The notes under the pieces were generated by a model, which saw only the letters and a program-made list of their open reading frames with translations, did not search any database and was not told the DNA's origin. Position numbers and translations under genes: made by a program. Below are positions 12,793-25,445 of a stretch of 64,000 nucleotides of DNA, piece after piece. The stretch is taken from contig OX597833.1 in assembly GCA_951406725.2 (NCBI GenBank), forward strand, positions 72,664,001-72,728,000, written 5' to 3'. How positions within the stretch are numbered: position 1 is the first letter of the stretch; each line of letters begins with the position of its first letter. Origin of the DNA: Octopus vulgaris. Its lineage: Eukaryota.

Positions 12793-12985
12793 CTGTGTTT
12801 GTTCATCCCATTACCGCTTGACAACCAGTGTTGGTGTGTTTACGCCCCCGTAACTTAGCGGTTCGGCAAAATGGTCTGATAGAATAAGTACCAGGCTTAA
12901 AATATAAGTGCTAGGGTCGATTCATTCGACTAAAAATTCAAAGCGGTGCCCCAGCATGACCGCAGTCTAATGGCTAAAACAAGTG
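12563..12985 (+). mobile_element. tRNA-derived SINE, family 2 (with internal TA/TG tract)
   Basis: ggcgcaggagtggc...gggttcagtcc...ggcaccttgggcaagtg...cccagcatg. Copies at 54357-54750, 27355-27515 (-) and 62077, plus a 3' part at 60-240. Confidence 0.85.
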
Positions 12986-13283
12986 TTTATTACGTTCACA
13001 TATTATGTTGTATTATATTAATATTTACAACTATTATTATTTTTGAAAGTGGAACCTAATTTTCTTTAAGTCGTCCTTTCATCCTTTCGAGAGCGACAAA
13101 TTAAGTACCAGTTACGTACTGAGGGCGATCGAATCGACTGGCTCCCTTCCCAATAATTTCGGGCCTTGTGCCTAGAGTAAAAAAGAATAAGTAAACGTTT
13201 TTACAAGAGACATTGATCCTTCTTTAGCCGTTGTTACGAAAATGCCTGAGTGATTTTCTTTTCTTTTATAACTTAAAAGTAAT

Positions 13284-13780
13284 CTAGCAATAAGGTTTCG
13301 GTCCCAAGTAGAGTCGATTAAATACAATTCTTAATAAAACTCTCAATTTGTGACTGTCTTTAATGAAACGTGTCTCTGTTTTGGGCAATAAGATATGTAG
13401 AACTTTGCCAACATTTGGTAGAATTAATGTTTTACCAATTCTGTGAACTTTGCTGGATTTAGTAATCAATCATAATTTTAAGAAACGCAAAACTCATCCT
13501 TTTCTGGCAAATGTAAACATATTTAACAACTTTTGCAAAATTGGTTTTGAAATTCTTTAAAATCAGATAAATTTTCGTTTGCCTCGTCAGAGCGATTCTT
13601 CTTCCCAAGAGTTCTTCTAATCTTAAAGATTTCATAGATTCGTTGGAAAACACTTTTTGGGGCAGATCAGCTCCATTGTTAAGGGTTTGTTTGCAGATAA
13701 AGGACCAGAGAAATCTCTTGAATAGCAAACATATTATTCGGTTGTGTCAAGGTTGTCGTTATAGGAATCGCGTGATCATA
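13284..13780 (-). mobile_element. Degenerate hAT (Buster/FAM200-like) transposase N-terminal fragment
   Basis: QKVFSNESMKSLRLEELL and ITKSSKVHRIGKTLILP resemble the NESMKPSRL and KPHTIGETLILP motifs of Buster-type transposases. Confidence 0.65.
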
Positions 13781-14334
13781 GCTCTATGTGTTTCTTCCTG
13801 TTTTTGTTTTTTTATCATATTTTAGTAATTAAATAAGATTCTGCTATCTCCGCGTTCAACACAAGGAGCCATTTGCAAACAACAGACAATCTTCATTCTT
13901 TTTATCTTTCTCACGCCGCCACCCTCTTCCACTCCCCTTCTCTATTTCAATCCCCAGCCCAAGTAGGCAACAGATTCGCCCTCCTTGTGGCTGGCAAGGA
14001 GATCACTGAGTTAGATTAAACCTTATAATCAAATATGTTCAACTTTGTCGCTGTGAGCTGTTGCCCTTCCAACTGGGTCACCAGATTACAAAATAATCTG
14101 CCTGATCAGGGTTGATATTGTGTAAAAACCCACCAACCCTAGTGAAATCCTATCAATCTGTTTTATTTTGACTGGGTGAACCTTATCGGACCGAAAACTC
14201 ATTGCTGCGATTCATATTTACACCTTAACGCACAAGAGTGCTTTAAAGACCTAGTCCATAAGTTAGGTATTGATCACTTTCCACACATAATTGATCTTTC
14301 TTCCATTTTAGTAGAGGTCCTTAAGTATAAATTC

Positions 14335-15290
14335 CAGGTGGTCAGTCTGCTGCCAGCCCCTTCTGAGTGGCAGATTAGGGGTCCGTGGCTTCTAATGTGC
14401 AGACACGCTCTTAGGCTACGCCACTTGCAACAATTTCTGGACGGTGGGCGTGTGTGGGATCCGTTTGTGAGGCTCGTCTTTCCACACCTCGTCTCCTTGA
14501 CGGAGCTGCAGGCCTGGATGAAGAAAAGACTGAGACTGGGCGCCTGGTACCTAGAATGTCGTCAGGTGCTCACAGTCCTCTACCAGTTGCGCAATGGGAT
14601 CGGTGGATGTTCTGCTTTAGCAATTTATTCTCGGAGAGACTCTGGGCGTTGGCGAAAACGAAATGGTCTGTTCTGGAGGACTTTTCAGTCGGGAACTATC
14701 ATGGATGATTTCCAGCTGTCCTTGGTCTGGCAGTGCTGCCGGTGAGCGTTACCAGTTCGAGTTAAACTCTACAGGTACGGGTGTGCTGTCAGGCGGCCTC
14801 GTTCGAGGTGCGCGCAAAGTGACGAAACCGTTCTGCACGCACTCGTTCAGTGTCCGGGCATTGCTGCTGTCACGTCTGGGACGGTTCCATCTATTGGCCT
14901 CGCTACCCTCCTTTAATCGGGCAGGCAGGGAAGTTTTCCTTTGCCTGGTGGCTGTGGCGAAAGCGGTTATATTGTGGATGAGGCTGAAAAGCATGAGGAC
15001 AGAGACATTTCTATTTGGTGGAGACCTCATCGACTCTTTTAAGTTGCACTTGAAATGGAAACTGAGGGTGGGAAGGGAACTGCTGTGGTCGAGTGAGTTT
15101 ATTGAAAGGTGGGAGAAAGTTGCGAAAATAGCAAGAGTGGATGGTACCTTTGTAAGGGTAGACCTGTGAGTCGGAGAAAGGGAATTAAAGAGGGCACTTT
15201 CCCTTGGTGTTCAGGGAGATCTTGAATGATGGGGTTCCTCGACTATCCCTATAGGTTCTATCAAGAGGACTACATCACTATCACCCCTTT
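14335..15290 (+). mobile_element. L1/Tx1-like LINE ORF2 3' fragment
   Basis: RHALRLRHLQQFL...SLVWQCCR...RCAQSDETVLHALVQC...FIERWEKVAKIARVDG. Close homologue in opposite orientation at 57960-59190. Confidence 0.8.
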
Positions 15291-16359
15291 TTTTTTTACC
15301 TTTGAATACATTTCCCTTCCTTTTCATTGAATACTGCATTTCGCCCGTCTTTACGTCCTGAGTTCAAATTCCACCGAGGTAGATTTTGTCTTTCGTCCTT
15401 TCGGGGGTCGATGAAATAAGTACCAACTGAACATTTGGAGTTGATGTAATCGACTAAACCCCCCCCCCCATCCCGTGTCCCCTAAATTGCTGGCTTTGTG
15501 CCTAAAGCAGAAAGGATTTATTACTGTTGTTGTTTAATCCCAGCTCAGCCCTGGTCCAGCAGATCGATGATCAAGGACCCTCTAGCAGTGAATATTTCGC
15601 CTACATCATCTGACGTGTCCTTCCTTTGTAACACGGTATGATGTGATTGAAAGGAGGTTTGGCTGCTACTCCTAGCAACACGAATCGATCGAGGAAGCAC
15701 TATCTATAAATTCTTTGAGGAATTCCACTCCAAAGTAGTCTTGTCTTCGATTAAAATCCTATTACGACACCACATTTACATCTCGTCTGCTTTATGGAAA
15801 TATTTTAGGAATCTTTGGCATTTCACTGCTGCATTATTTCAATGATGTTTTTCACTGAAAACATGAGAGACGAAGTCGATCCGAGCAAGGTTTGAACACA
15901 GGACGTGGAGAACCGCAACTAGATGCCGCAGCTACTTTGTCGATAATTCTGCCAAATCGACGAGAGAGCCACTACGTGGTCACTCCACCGGCTAGAAACA
16001 GCGACTAAACCTCTTTCCAATTGCACCAAAGGAATGGCACATTGGATAAGGAGATTCAGGATGCACTGTGTCTAGAGAAAGGGCCGAGATAGTCATGGGT
16101 GGAATGCCTTTGATCAATAGGTGTACCCAATCAGGGGGTGGGCAATCTAGGATTAAATAATGTCAGGTGGGAATAATATTTGTAAATTCTGTATTTTCTT
16201 CTTTTTCTCTAGAAAAGACGCTGCGCGGCTGAAAAGACTTTGAGAACAACTTGATTCAAATGAAACTGCAGAGAGCAGCAGACCCTTATAACTGCATGGA
16301 AGAGTAACCAAGAAATAAGAAATTCCGGTCAAAACACGAGTTCTCCCTGCAATGAAGCA

Positions 16360-18732
16360 ATGTTGCCATCTTATATGCCAGATTTCGATTCACAAGAATC
16401 CCAACACCTGCCTCCATATTTGAACAGATGCAACATGTTAAATGGCCGTAAATTGTCTTTTCCAGAATCAATGGAACAGCATGATGTTTCCAAACGATTC
16501 GCTCCACAGCAATTTGAAATGAAACGTGAAAACGTTAACAGACGGACAAGAAATATGCCATATTTCCACGACGACGATGACGTCGATCGAACTCTCCTTC
16601 TGACTTATGATGGCGGCAGGCTTATGCGGCCGCAGTCATTTCATGAAATACCGGGCAGTTGCACGGAGAATAAAATGAACAATCAGATAAATTTCTGCAG
16701 TAAAAGAAGAAGCCATGCGGAACCTTTAGAAAGCTCTCTAATGACAGAAGACAACAAGGATCTCGCAGACAATTCTCTTGCGTTAATCCGAGTCCCGAGA
16801 CATGATGGAGAAATTTCTTTACGACAACAGACGCCATTGCACTCGGACATACTTCACTCTCAAAAAAATTATCCACAACAGTCGAACTTTCCGTATGTTC
16901 CTCGCAAACCGTTTTTAAACCCATATTTAAACCCTCATTTACAAAGATATAACAATTTTCATAAATATACACCAAATCGACCTCCTTTTTCAACTGGGTT
17001 CCCGAATTTTATTAATAACCCTTTCAGACAAAATTGCCCACCTTTTCGAATGAACCCGTCTGGTTGTAACTGTTATGCGCAGCCGACACGATTCCCAACG
17101 CAAGAATATTGTCGATTCCCTGGACATCGAATGAAATTATCGAATCCGACACGAGATTATGAGTGGGATTTCATTAATGATGCTGACGATGACCATTACC
17201 AATGGAACCAGAATGACATGGACCCGCGGACACATTTTGAATTCTCCAACTATCAAAGGAGGAAGCATCAGAATAATTTTGGTTTAGGTCAGCCCATTTA
17301 TTGCCACGACGCAATCAGCCTCCAAGAGATCTCGGCGGATCCTTATAGATCTCACTTTAATAACGAAACAGATATCGATGAAATTGAAGAAGAATATTTT
17401 ACTTACTTGCAGAAAACAATTCCCAATTTCAACGTTCTGCCCAAAAAATCCAATCTTAAAATAACATCCTTGATACCGGAGAAGGAAGAGAAGTCTTTGA
17501 CGAATTCCACTTTTGCGTCATCGAACCGAACAAGAAATAACTTTGGCGACCCCCAACAGACTGCTCGGTCTTTGATGCTCATGCGTCTTCTCAAGGTTCT
17601 TGAAGAAAATATAGACATGTCGAATTACTCAATGGACTTCCAAGAAAATTACGTTGACAGCCATGGCAGGCTAGTCGATCCGTTTCAGACGTATATAACG
17701 GATTTAGAACAGAATAAACTAAAATCTCAAAGAGACGAAGCATTTGTTCAAGAAACATTTTCGTCTCGCCCACCTGTCGTGGTTTTACGCAATCGCCGGA
17801 GTGACGTCATAACCCTTGATGAAGGTGTCACTCTTAAGAGTTCAGCCAAGTATATGGAGAAACCGGAAAACGATTACGGAAAGAGCATCAAGCTAAATAA
17901 CGCATCTCTGCATGATTATCTCAACAGGTCTTTGGACGTTCCTGTCAGGCATCAACAGGCACACCAGACACAACAACAACAACGAGAAGAACAAGAAAAA
18001 CATCCTATTCTTCAATCACACCCCGAAGTAATAGTTGAGACAATAAGAAGGGAAAGGAGTGTTCGAGAAGATTTTAGTCAGCCGCCATCTTTCCCTGTCC
18101 CAGGAGTACACGAGAGATTATTTAAAACATCGGTTGAACAACCAATTGATATGGGAACTCCATGGGAAAAAGAAAGAGAATTTCAAAGATATAACATGTT
18201 TAAACCCCAATTTGTTCCTGAAACTAGAATTTACTCTAATGCCGCTCAAATTCCGCTTAGTCACGACATCTTTGATGGCGAAACTGGCAAAAGAGATGTG
18301 ATAAATATATCACAACAACGTTTGATCAGAAAGAATGGCGATCCAAATGAAATTCCATACGAAACTATGGCGGAGTATTTCCAATCGTCTGCCGCTGATA
18401 TTAACCCACGTGTAAGTACGAAATACGTCTTTTTGAAAGACCCAAATTCAGAAGGAATCCAAGAAGATATTTTAAACAAACTGAAATGTCAGAGCAAATT
18501 GCGATCATTCGATGAGAAACCTTTTGTAACAGAAGCCCCGGATGAAAGCGATCCAGAGAATGAAGTTCCAGATCGTGAAAGCGAGTTTCTTGGTCGCCAG
18601 TCGTTCATGGCACTGAAACAACGTTTCGAAACAGAAAAACATGTCCAGTTCGTTGATGAAGATAACAATGGTTCTTTTAAGAATTACCCTTATTTCAAGA
18701 GCCGCGTCGATAGCAGTGACTATTCCTACTAG
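16360..18732 (+). CDS. Uncharacterised 790 aa protein, single coding exon, likely largely disordered
   Basis: Uninterrupted, repeat-free 2373 bp ORF with ATG and TAG. In-frame stop at 16261; splice acceptor ttttctctAG at 16212 (5' UTR intron); AATAAA at ~18935 and ~19018. No recognisable domain or TE motif. Confidence 0.8.
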   Translation: MLPSYMPDFDSQESQHLPPYLNRCNMLNGRKLSFPESMEQHDVSKRFAPQQFEMKRENVNRRTRNMPYFHDDDDVDRTLLLTYDGGRLMRPQSFHEIPGSCTENKMNNQINFCSKRRSHAEPLESSLMTEDNKDLADNSLALIRVPRHDGEISLRQQTPLHSDILHSQKNYPQQSNFPYVPRKPFLNPYLNPHLQRYNNFHKYTPNRPPFSTGFPNFINNPFRQNCPPFRMNPSGCNCYAQPTRFPTQEYCRFPGHRMKLSNPTRDYEWDFINDADDDHYQWNQNDMDPRTHFEFSNYQRRKHQNNFGLGQPIYCHDAISLQEISADPYRSHFNNETDIDEIEEEYFTYLQKTIPNFNVLPKKSNLKITSLIPEKEEKSLTNSTFASSNRTRNNFGDPQQTARSLMLMRLLKVLEENIDMSNYSMDFQENYVDSHGRLVDPFQTYITDLEQNKLKSQRDEAFVQETFSSRPPVVVLRNRRSDVITLDEGVTLKSSAKYMEKPENDYGKSIKLNNASLHDYLNRSLDVPVRHQQAHQTQQQQREEQEKHPILQSHPEVIVETIRRERSVREDFSQPPSFPVPGVHERLFKTSVEQPIDMGTPWEKEREFQRYNMFKPQFVPETRIYSNAAQIPLSHDIFDGETGKRDVINISQQRLIRKNGDPNEIPYETMAEYFQSSAADINPRVSTKYVFLKDPNSEGIQEDILNKLKCQSKLRSFDEKPFVTEAPDESDPENEVPDRESEFLGRQSFMALKQRFETEKHVQFVDEDNNGSFKNYPYFKSRVDSSDYSY

Positions 18733-19236
18733 ATGACGCGTATCGAAGCAATAGCAAACCAAAAATATTGATTTTTGGCGATAAAAAGACAGAAAAATAA
18801 TATATTATAAATTCTATTTATACATTCAATTGAAGTTATCAGAGAACGACGGTATATAGTTTCGGCATATAATACCCTGAGTTCAAATCCAGACGAAGCC
18901 ATCTTTTACGTTTCAACTTTCTAGAATCGATAAAATAAATTACAAATCAATTAATGGAGGTCGATATAATATACAAATTCGTGGCTTCGTATTTATGTTA
19001 GAAAATCAATATTTACAAATAAATAACCAGCTAAATTTGTTTGGAAAGAAATGTCGGGCGTAACGTTTCGTAATCGACTGTTTTGATAGAAGATGCCAAG
19101 GATGACGATGTAACGAACGAAGTGAGTTTGGTCATGGCTCTGTTGGGTGAATTTAATTAATCGGTAATTGGATGAATAAGGTAAAAATCATTAATCTTGC
19201 TTGTAGAAATAGAGAACATTGAAACATTGAAGATTA

Positions 19237-19295
<59 letters not shown>

Positions 19296-19449
19296 GTCTG
19301 TTTTTAAGTTGTGTTACAAGAGTAACAATTTCACATTAATCTGATGAGTTACATCTGTACTTTTTTAGAGTACAAATTTATTATTCCTTAACAAGAATAT
19401 TATAGACAGTGACTTCGAAGTCACAGTCAATAACATTCTTCCTTAAGAA

Positions 19450-19522
<73 letters not shown>

Positions 19523-19786
19523 TACACAAGTGTAGAAGGTGCCATAAAGAAAATGTCCTTGTTCGGTTCATTAAAACAGTTTTTGGATTTGTAGCCGTCT
19601 TTTGTGTCTTTATTGCTTCCGACTTTTGATGAAACTATTTTGAAAGTCAATAAAAGAAAAAACAAAACCAGCTCCAAATATTGATTCATTTTTGTTTTTA
19701 CTGAATTTTATTTATGTTCTACACCACCAGTATATATACCCGCAAATATATGTCTACAGGTGCACATGTATATATATGTATATATG

Positions 19787-19846
<60 letters not shown>

Positions 19847-19853
19847 ACAAATA

Positions 19854-21122
19854 TCAGGTCATCCTATAAGTTTTGTCCGAATTTTGAATAAAGAAAATAA
19901 GTGATCAAATGTTATATTTAATTGAAATTTAATCATCGATGTACTTTCCCTGATTATCTATGACTTCCTTCCATCTATTTACAAGCTTGTTAATCCCATC
20001 AATATAAAACTCCTTTGGTTTCAAAGCGAAGAACTCTGAAATGTCAGTTTCGACCTCTTCCTGGCTTGCGAAAGTTATGTCTCCCAAACGATTCTGTAAA
20101 CTACGAAACAAATGGTAGTCTGAAGGAGCAAGGTTGGGAGAATAAGGTGGATGAGGAATTTTTTCCCAACCAAGCTCTTCGATCTTCTGTGATGTGATCT
20201 TTGCAGTGGGGGTCACGCATTGTCCTGATGAAACATCACTCCTTTTCGATTCATTAAAGCGGGTCTTTTTTTCTTCAAAGCTTGGTTCAAACAGCTCTAA
20301 TTACTGACAGTAGACTTGAGCATTGATTGTTGTATTAGGTGGTAACAATTCAAAGTGAATTACTCCTTTGCAGTCCCACCAGATAGAGAGTAGAACCTTT
20401 TTTCCATGAAGTTCGCTTCTCGATTTTGGTTGAGCTTTTTCTCTTTTACCAAGCCACTGTTTACGATGTTTAACATTTCGATAGAAGATCCATTTTTCGT
20501 CACCAGTCACAAGTCTATCCAAAAAGGGTGAAATGAGTTCACAAGACTGGAGAGAAGAGCAGATGTCAACTCGGGATTTGCACTTGTTTTCGGACAATTC
20601 ACGAGGCACATATTTTCCAAGTTTAGGAACCTTTCCAAGTTGAAGATGAAGATAAACAATTGGCTTTATTGCCAATTCTTCAACTAATAACGCAGGATTT
20701 TCTTCAAGTAATGCCTCAAGGAGTTTATCATCAAACTAACTGGAAGTCCTGTTCGATCTTCATCTTCATGGCTGAACTCTACTTCTGAATTTTGCAAACC
20801 ATCTTCTGCAAGTTCTTTCATTCAAGTATTCTTTCCCATAAACTGAGTGTATGTTTCGATTAGCTTCGGCTGCAGAGTTTCTTTTTTTCTACTCATAAAG
20901 CATTATGTGCCTCAAATGCTCTTTGAATACTTTCATGTTAGAAAGGGTTTTAATCAAAGAAATTTTAAGTATATTATTCTGTAAAATAATACTTAATTAG
21001 TTTAAATGTACACAAATGCATAAAAATAATTTTTAATTCTATTAGACATTCTAAAATACTATTAAATTTCATTCAATTTAAAAAAAAAGGTAAAATCGGA
21101 CGGAACTTATGGGATGACCTGA
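19854..21122 (-). mobile_element. Full-length inactivated mariner (DD34D) element with TIRs and TA target duplication
   Basis: TIRs tcaggtcatcctataagttttgtccga / tcggacggaacttatgggatgacctga, flanked by TA. Transposase ~20936-19929 has VTGDEKW, HQDNA and YSPNLAPSDYHLF, broken by stops/frameshifts. Confidence 0.95.
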
Positions 21123-21766
21123 TAAAAGCAATAACAACGAAAATAACAATATGATTATAACCCTGTACTGCTTGATGACTTTATCCCGGATTCAGGAAGT
21201 CCATTCATTGGATGAAGCTGACCAATCAGAAACCTGACAATAATCTCCTCCAACAATTATCTCTTTAATAAAACAAAACAAAATACACCTTGTTGAACTG
21301 ATACAAGAGGTTGTTATTGTTGTGGCTGTAGTGGTTGTTTAGCTTTAAGGGAGTCTGATTGGCCCCACACCCCCCATCAAAGACGACGGGCTCCAACCTT
21401 TTTGCAGCCCGGACCAATTTCATGCGGACTTTTAAGCTAGCTCCTGTAGAGGGCTAATTGGGCCCGTGGCCCCAAACTAAAGAGAGCAACAATAATAAAG
21501 CATTTATTGTTCCCTTACCATTTCAGATTTATATTACAGAAGATCACATTTGGAGAATTTTGAATCCCTGTGACATTTGGAGATCAGTGTAAAGCGGCCG
21601 GGCAAACAACAGTCTTGGTTTATCATTTGGTTTGAGTATGAAGACACTATTGCCATTTCCAAACACTGAGACAACCAGCATAGAGCTGACCCTGGGGCTG
21701 ACCCTGCCACAAAGGCCAACAGTTTTCAGTGATTGTCTTTGACTCATGTGAATTGACAACCCCGGC

Positions 21767-22059
21767 GTTGCCCGGATGTTACAACCACATTGTATTATTT
21801 GTTCCTTTCTTATGGACCGATTTGGCACATGAGGAGTATGAAGTAAACAGCCCTTCTTTATAAACATCTTTTTCGGTCATTTTCTGATGAACAAAGCTGC
21901 AGTTTCCGTCTACCAAATTCAGTGACAAGTCTGTGGTTGGCCTAGGGCTATAATAGAAAACACTTGCCCAAGGTACCATGCAGAGGGAGTGAACGTGCAA
22001 CCATGTGGCTGGGAAGCAAACTTCTCAACCACATTCTTGCACCTAATATATGTGTGTGA

Positions 22060-22111
<52 letters not shown>

Positions 22112-22120
22112 GTGTGTGTG

Positions 22121-22161
<41 letters not shown>

Positions 22162-22666
22162 ACATTTGTTGTCAAATCGAGTATTGTGTCCCGCTATGTC
22201 ACAAAGTTCCCCAAGCAGAGTTCTATAGAATAAATACCAGATTGAAATACGTAATGAGGTCAGTATGATCCATTAAATTTTTGCAGGTGATGCCCCCATC
22301 ATGGTGACAGTCGAAAGACTAAACCCAGGAAAATAGTGTTTAAAGACTTACTGGCTTCGTATTTAAGGCAATGGATTACTAACCACCAGATAATGAGTTC
22401 AAAACTCTGTACTGAACTGCTGCACTCTAAACGATAACAGTATATGTACATCTCAGTCCGCTTGACTTGCAACAATTAACAGTTGTAATTTGAAGTCGAA
22501 TGGTCAGCAGTAAGAAAGATGTCCAGATTTCTTTAAAATGATTGTGCGAAATATTCTGAGAAAAAGTATTTCTTTCACCGCAACAAAAAAAACACACACA
22601 CACACAGAGGTGTCTCTGTCGTAACTTGAGCTAAATCTCTCTTTAGACGCAACCTTTCATCAAAAG
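21767..22666 (-). repeat. Copy B of the inverted duplicated segment (partner 3873-4617)
   Basis: Reverse-complement match to copy A. Retains extra SINE sequence (~21895-21997) that is missing from copy A. Confidence 0.85.
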
Positions 22667-23311
22667 AAAGACACAAATTTACAGTATTTCGGGAAGAAAA
22701 AATGTATGCGATGGGACTGCTACGTCAGAAGTAACTCTGGATCAGGGCTAAACAAAACACAGACAAATATTCTTCACATTAAAAGATTATCTACTAAATA
22801 ATACTAATAAAGTTGACGGTATATCTTCGAAGTTTCATTCTCTGGTAAAACTCCATGTATTTTAAACATTTTCTCATTATACTCTAATATATAAAAATTG
22901 TTCAGGCAAAGTCGAACCCCGTAGCTAAAAACCTCAAAATTGTGCGACCCGACCTTAGTTTCGAGGTTATTTTGTAGTTAAAAAGAGTTGTTGTGCAAAA
23001 AACATACTTTATTTGGTAGCCGAAAGATTATGGAATCTTTTGATACCTGATACGTCAAAATCGGTAACTCAGTTTTCGAATCCATAAGAAACATACGCAC
23101 ACACAGGCGCCCGTGCACACACACACTCATACACAAACTCTGTTTTATAAATTAAGATGTATGTATTTAAGTATGTATGCTTGTATGCATATATATTTGT
23201 GTGTGTGCTTGCGTGCATGTATGTATGTGCATATATATATATATGTATTTATAAAATAAGGATATAATCAAAATATGGTTATATCAATGGCCTAGCGCAT
23301 AACAGTGACCG

Positions 23312-23373
<62 letters not shown>

Positions 23374-23384
23374 TAATATAGCAA

Positions 23385-23585
23385 GTGTATTCCAGAGGTT
23401 TTGAGACTTTTTCAGGGGTGGGGGACATATTAATTTCCCAAAAGTCCCAAACTCTTACTTTCCTTCAAAGCAAGATCCCCTGGTTTCGACGCATTTCTTG
23501 CAGGGCTTCGTTCACTTTGTGAAGATCCCAGAGAAGTCTTCCAAAGTGAACGTGGCCATGATCCCTGTCACAGCCTCCTCATGTT
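23385..23585 (-). mobile_element. Mariner transposase C-terminal fragment
   Basis: EAVTGIMATFTLEDFSGIFTK*TKPCKKCVETRGSCFEGK* resembles the mariner KC(I/V)xxxGxYFE terminus. Confidence 0.6.
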
Positions 23586-24453
23586 TTCCTTCAACTTGGT
23601 GGAACAGGGACCAAGGTCTGGGCTGTGGCCATGCTAGGGCACTACCTTGAAGAATTTTAGCCGAAGGGATCGACCCCAACCCTTGTTTTATTGTTTTAAA
23701 ACCCTTGTTCTAAACCTATCGATCTCTTTTGCTGACCTCACCCTCACCAACACATATAAATACGTATATGATGCCAAAACACTTTGCTAATAGACTTAAA
23801 ATATTTTTTCTTTTTATGCGGTCTGGTTGTTAAGGAAACCTAACCTAAGACATTCCATCCGTGACTCTCCCATTTTTCTTGAACAATAGGAAACCTAGGA
23901 TTGCGTTATTTAACGGATTCTATTTATTTTAAAGAGGAAAAGGTGTGATTTGAGGGATATTCATTTGCTATTTCTAGCAGGTTCGGGTGCACACATAGTG
24001 GCTTCCTCGTTGGTTCGTGTAATCAAGGTAGAGTGGTATAATAGTGTTTGTGTGTGTGTTGGTGTAGGTCTGGAGGTGAATGGGTGGACACTTAAAGTGT
24101 GAAGGGAATAGGGGTTATCTTTGCAGTGGGTGTAAGGGTGGGGAGGCGCGAGATATCAGCGGGTGGTTCTATGTGTGTGTGTGTGTGTAGTGTGAGGAGG
24201 GGTGGTGGTAAGATAACGGGGTGGTGGAGTCGGTGAGCGAGATAGTTGGGGAGGGGTGAGAGGAGGAGGAGGAGGTGTGTGAGGCTGAAGATGTAAACAA
24301 ACATAAAAGTCTCATGGGAAAAGTAAACAGACAAAAACAAAAAATATCTACTGTTGTTGTTGTTGCTGTTAAGCAGCAAGTCAATTCTGATCGGGCAATT
24401 TGCTGGAAAATGCACCATGAACCTGTTCGTAGAGTTTATTTCAAATGCAGAAT

Positions 24454-24543
<90 letters not shown>

Positions 24544-24944
24544 TACTTCTTTTTCAGCGACCTGTACAGGGCGCTGAAAAGAAAAGGAGGAAGTATAATA
24601 TTAAAAGAAAGGGCCTGAAAGTAGACAATTACCTACAGAGCGGTGCAGTTCCTTCTTTCTCTCTGATCAGTTACAGGTATTGGACGCATTCTTGTCTGTC
24701 TCCTGTCAGAGCTTGTTCCTCCGCGTTCAAGAACTCCACTCGTCTAGGCTTAGTAACACTTCCCGTCTGTTTTCACTGTCTTGTTTTTGTTACCAATTTT
24801 GACTCTCCACACAATCCCAAATTTTATTTAATTTGCTTTGCGGAAGCAACTCTTATGTCAAAAACTTATCTTGCTGTGAAATGCTCGAAATACGAAGTAG
24901 AAAAACAGCCAACAACTGATGAAGTATCGTTTTTCGTGTTGTAT

Positions 24945-25026
<82 letters not shown>

Positions 25027-25074
25027 ATGTGTTATATATATGCATATGTATATATACATATATATACATATACA

Positions 25075-25105
<31 letters not shown>

Positions 25106-25375
25106 GTGTATGTGTGTATATATATATATGTATATATATGCCTATACGTATGTGTGTGTGTGTGTTTACAGACGCACACACATATATTATGTACACGATA
25201 CTTCCAACTGAGACGGTACAGCTATATCTGATTCTTCAAGTGCTTCAGTTCTGTCGATGTACAGATTCTTACAAGATTGCTGACACTTAGCAATGGCTTC
25301 TACCATCGTGTTTATGTGTCATTTTTTTTTATCATTAATAAAACTGTCGGAATTTTTGACGACACGGGTATACTA

Positions 25376-25445
<70 letters not shown>

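Noticed and set aside
24354-25211. 285 aa plus-strand ORF
   Set aside because: Non-ATG start, and largely made of (ACT)n, (AAT)n, (TA)n and (TG)n repeats. No coherent protein signal.
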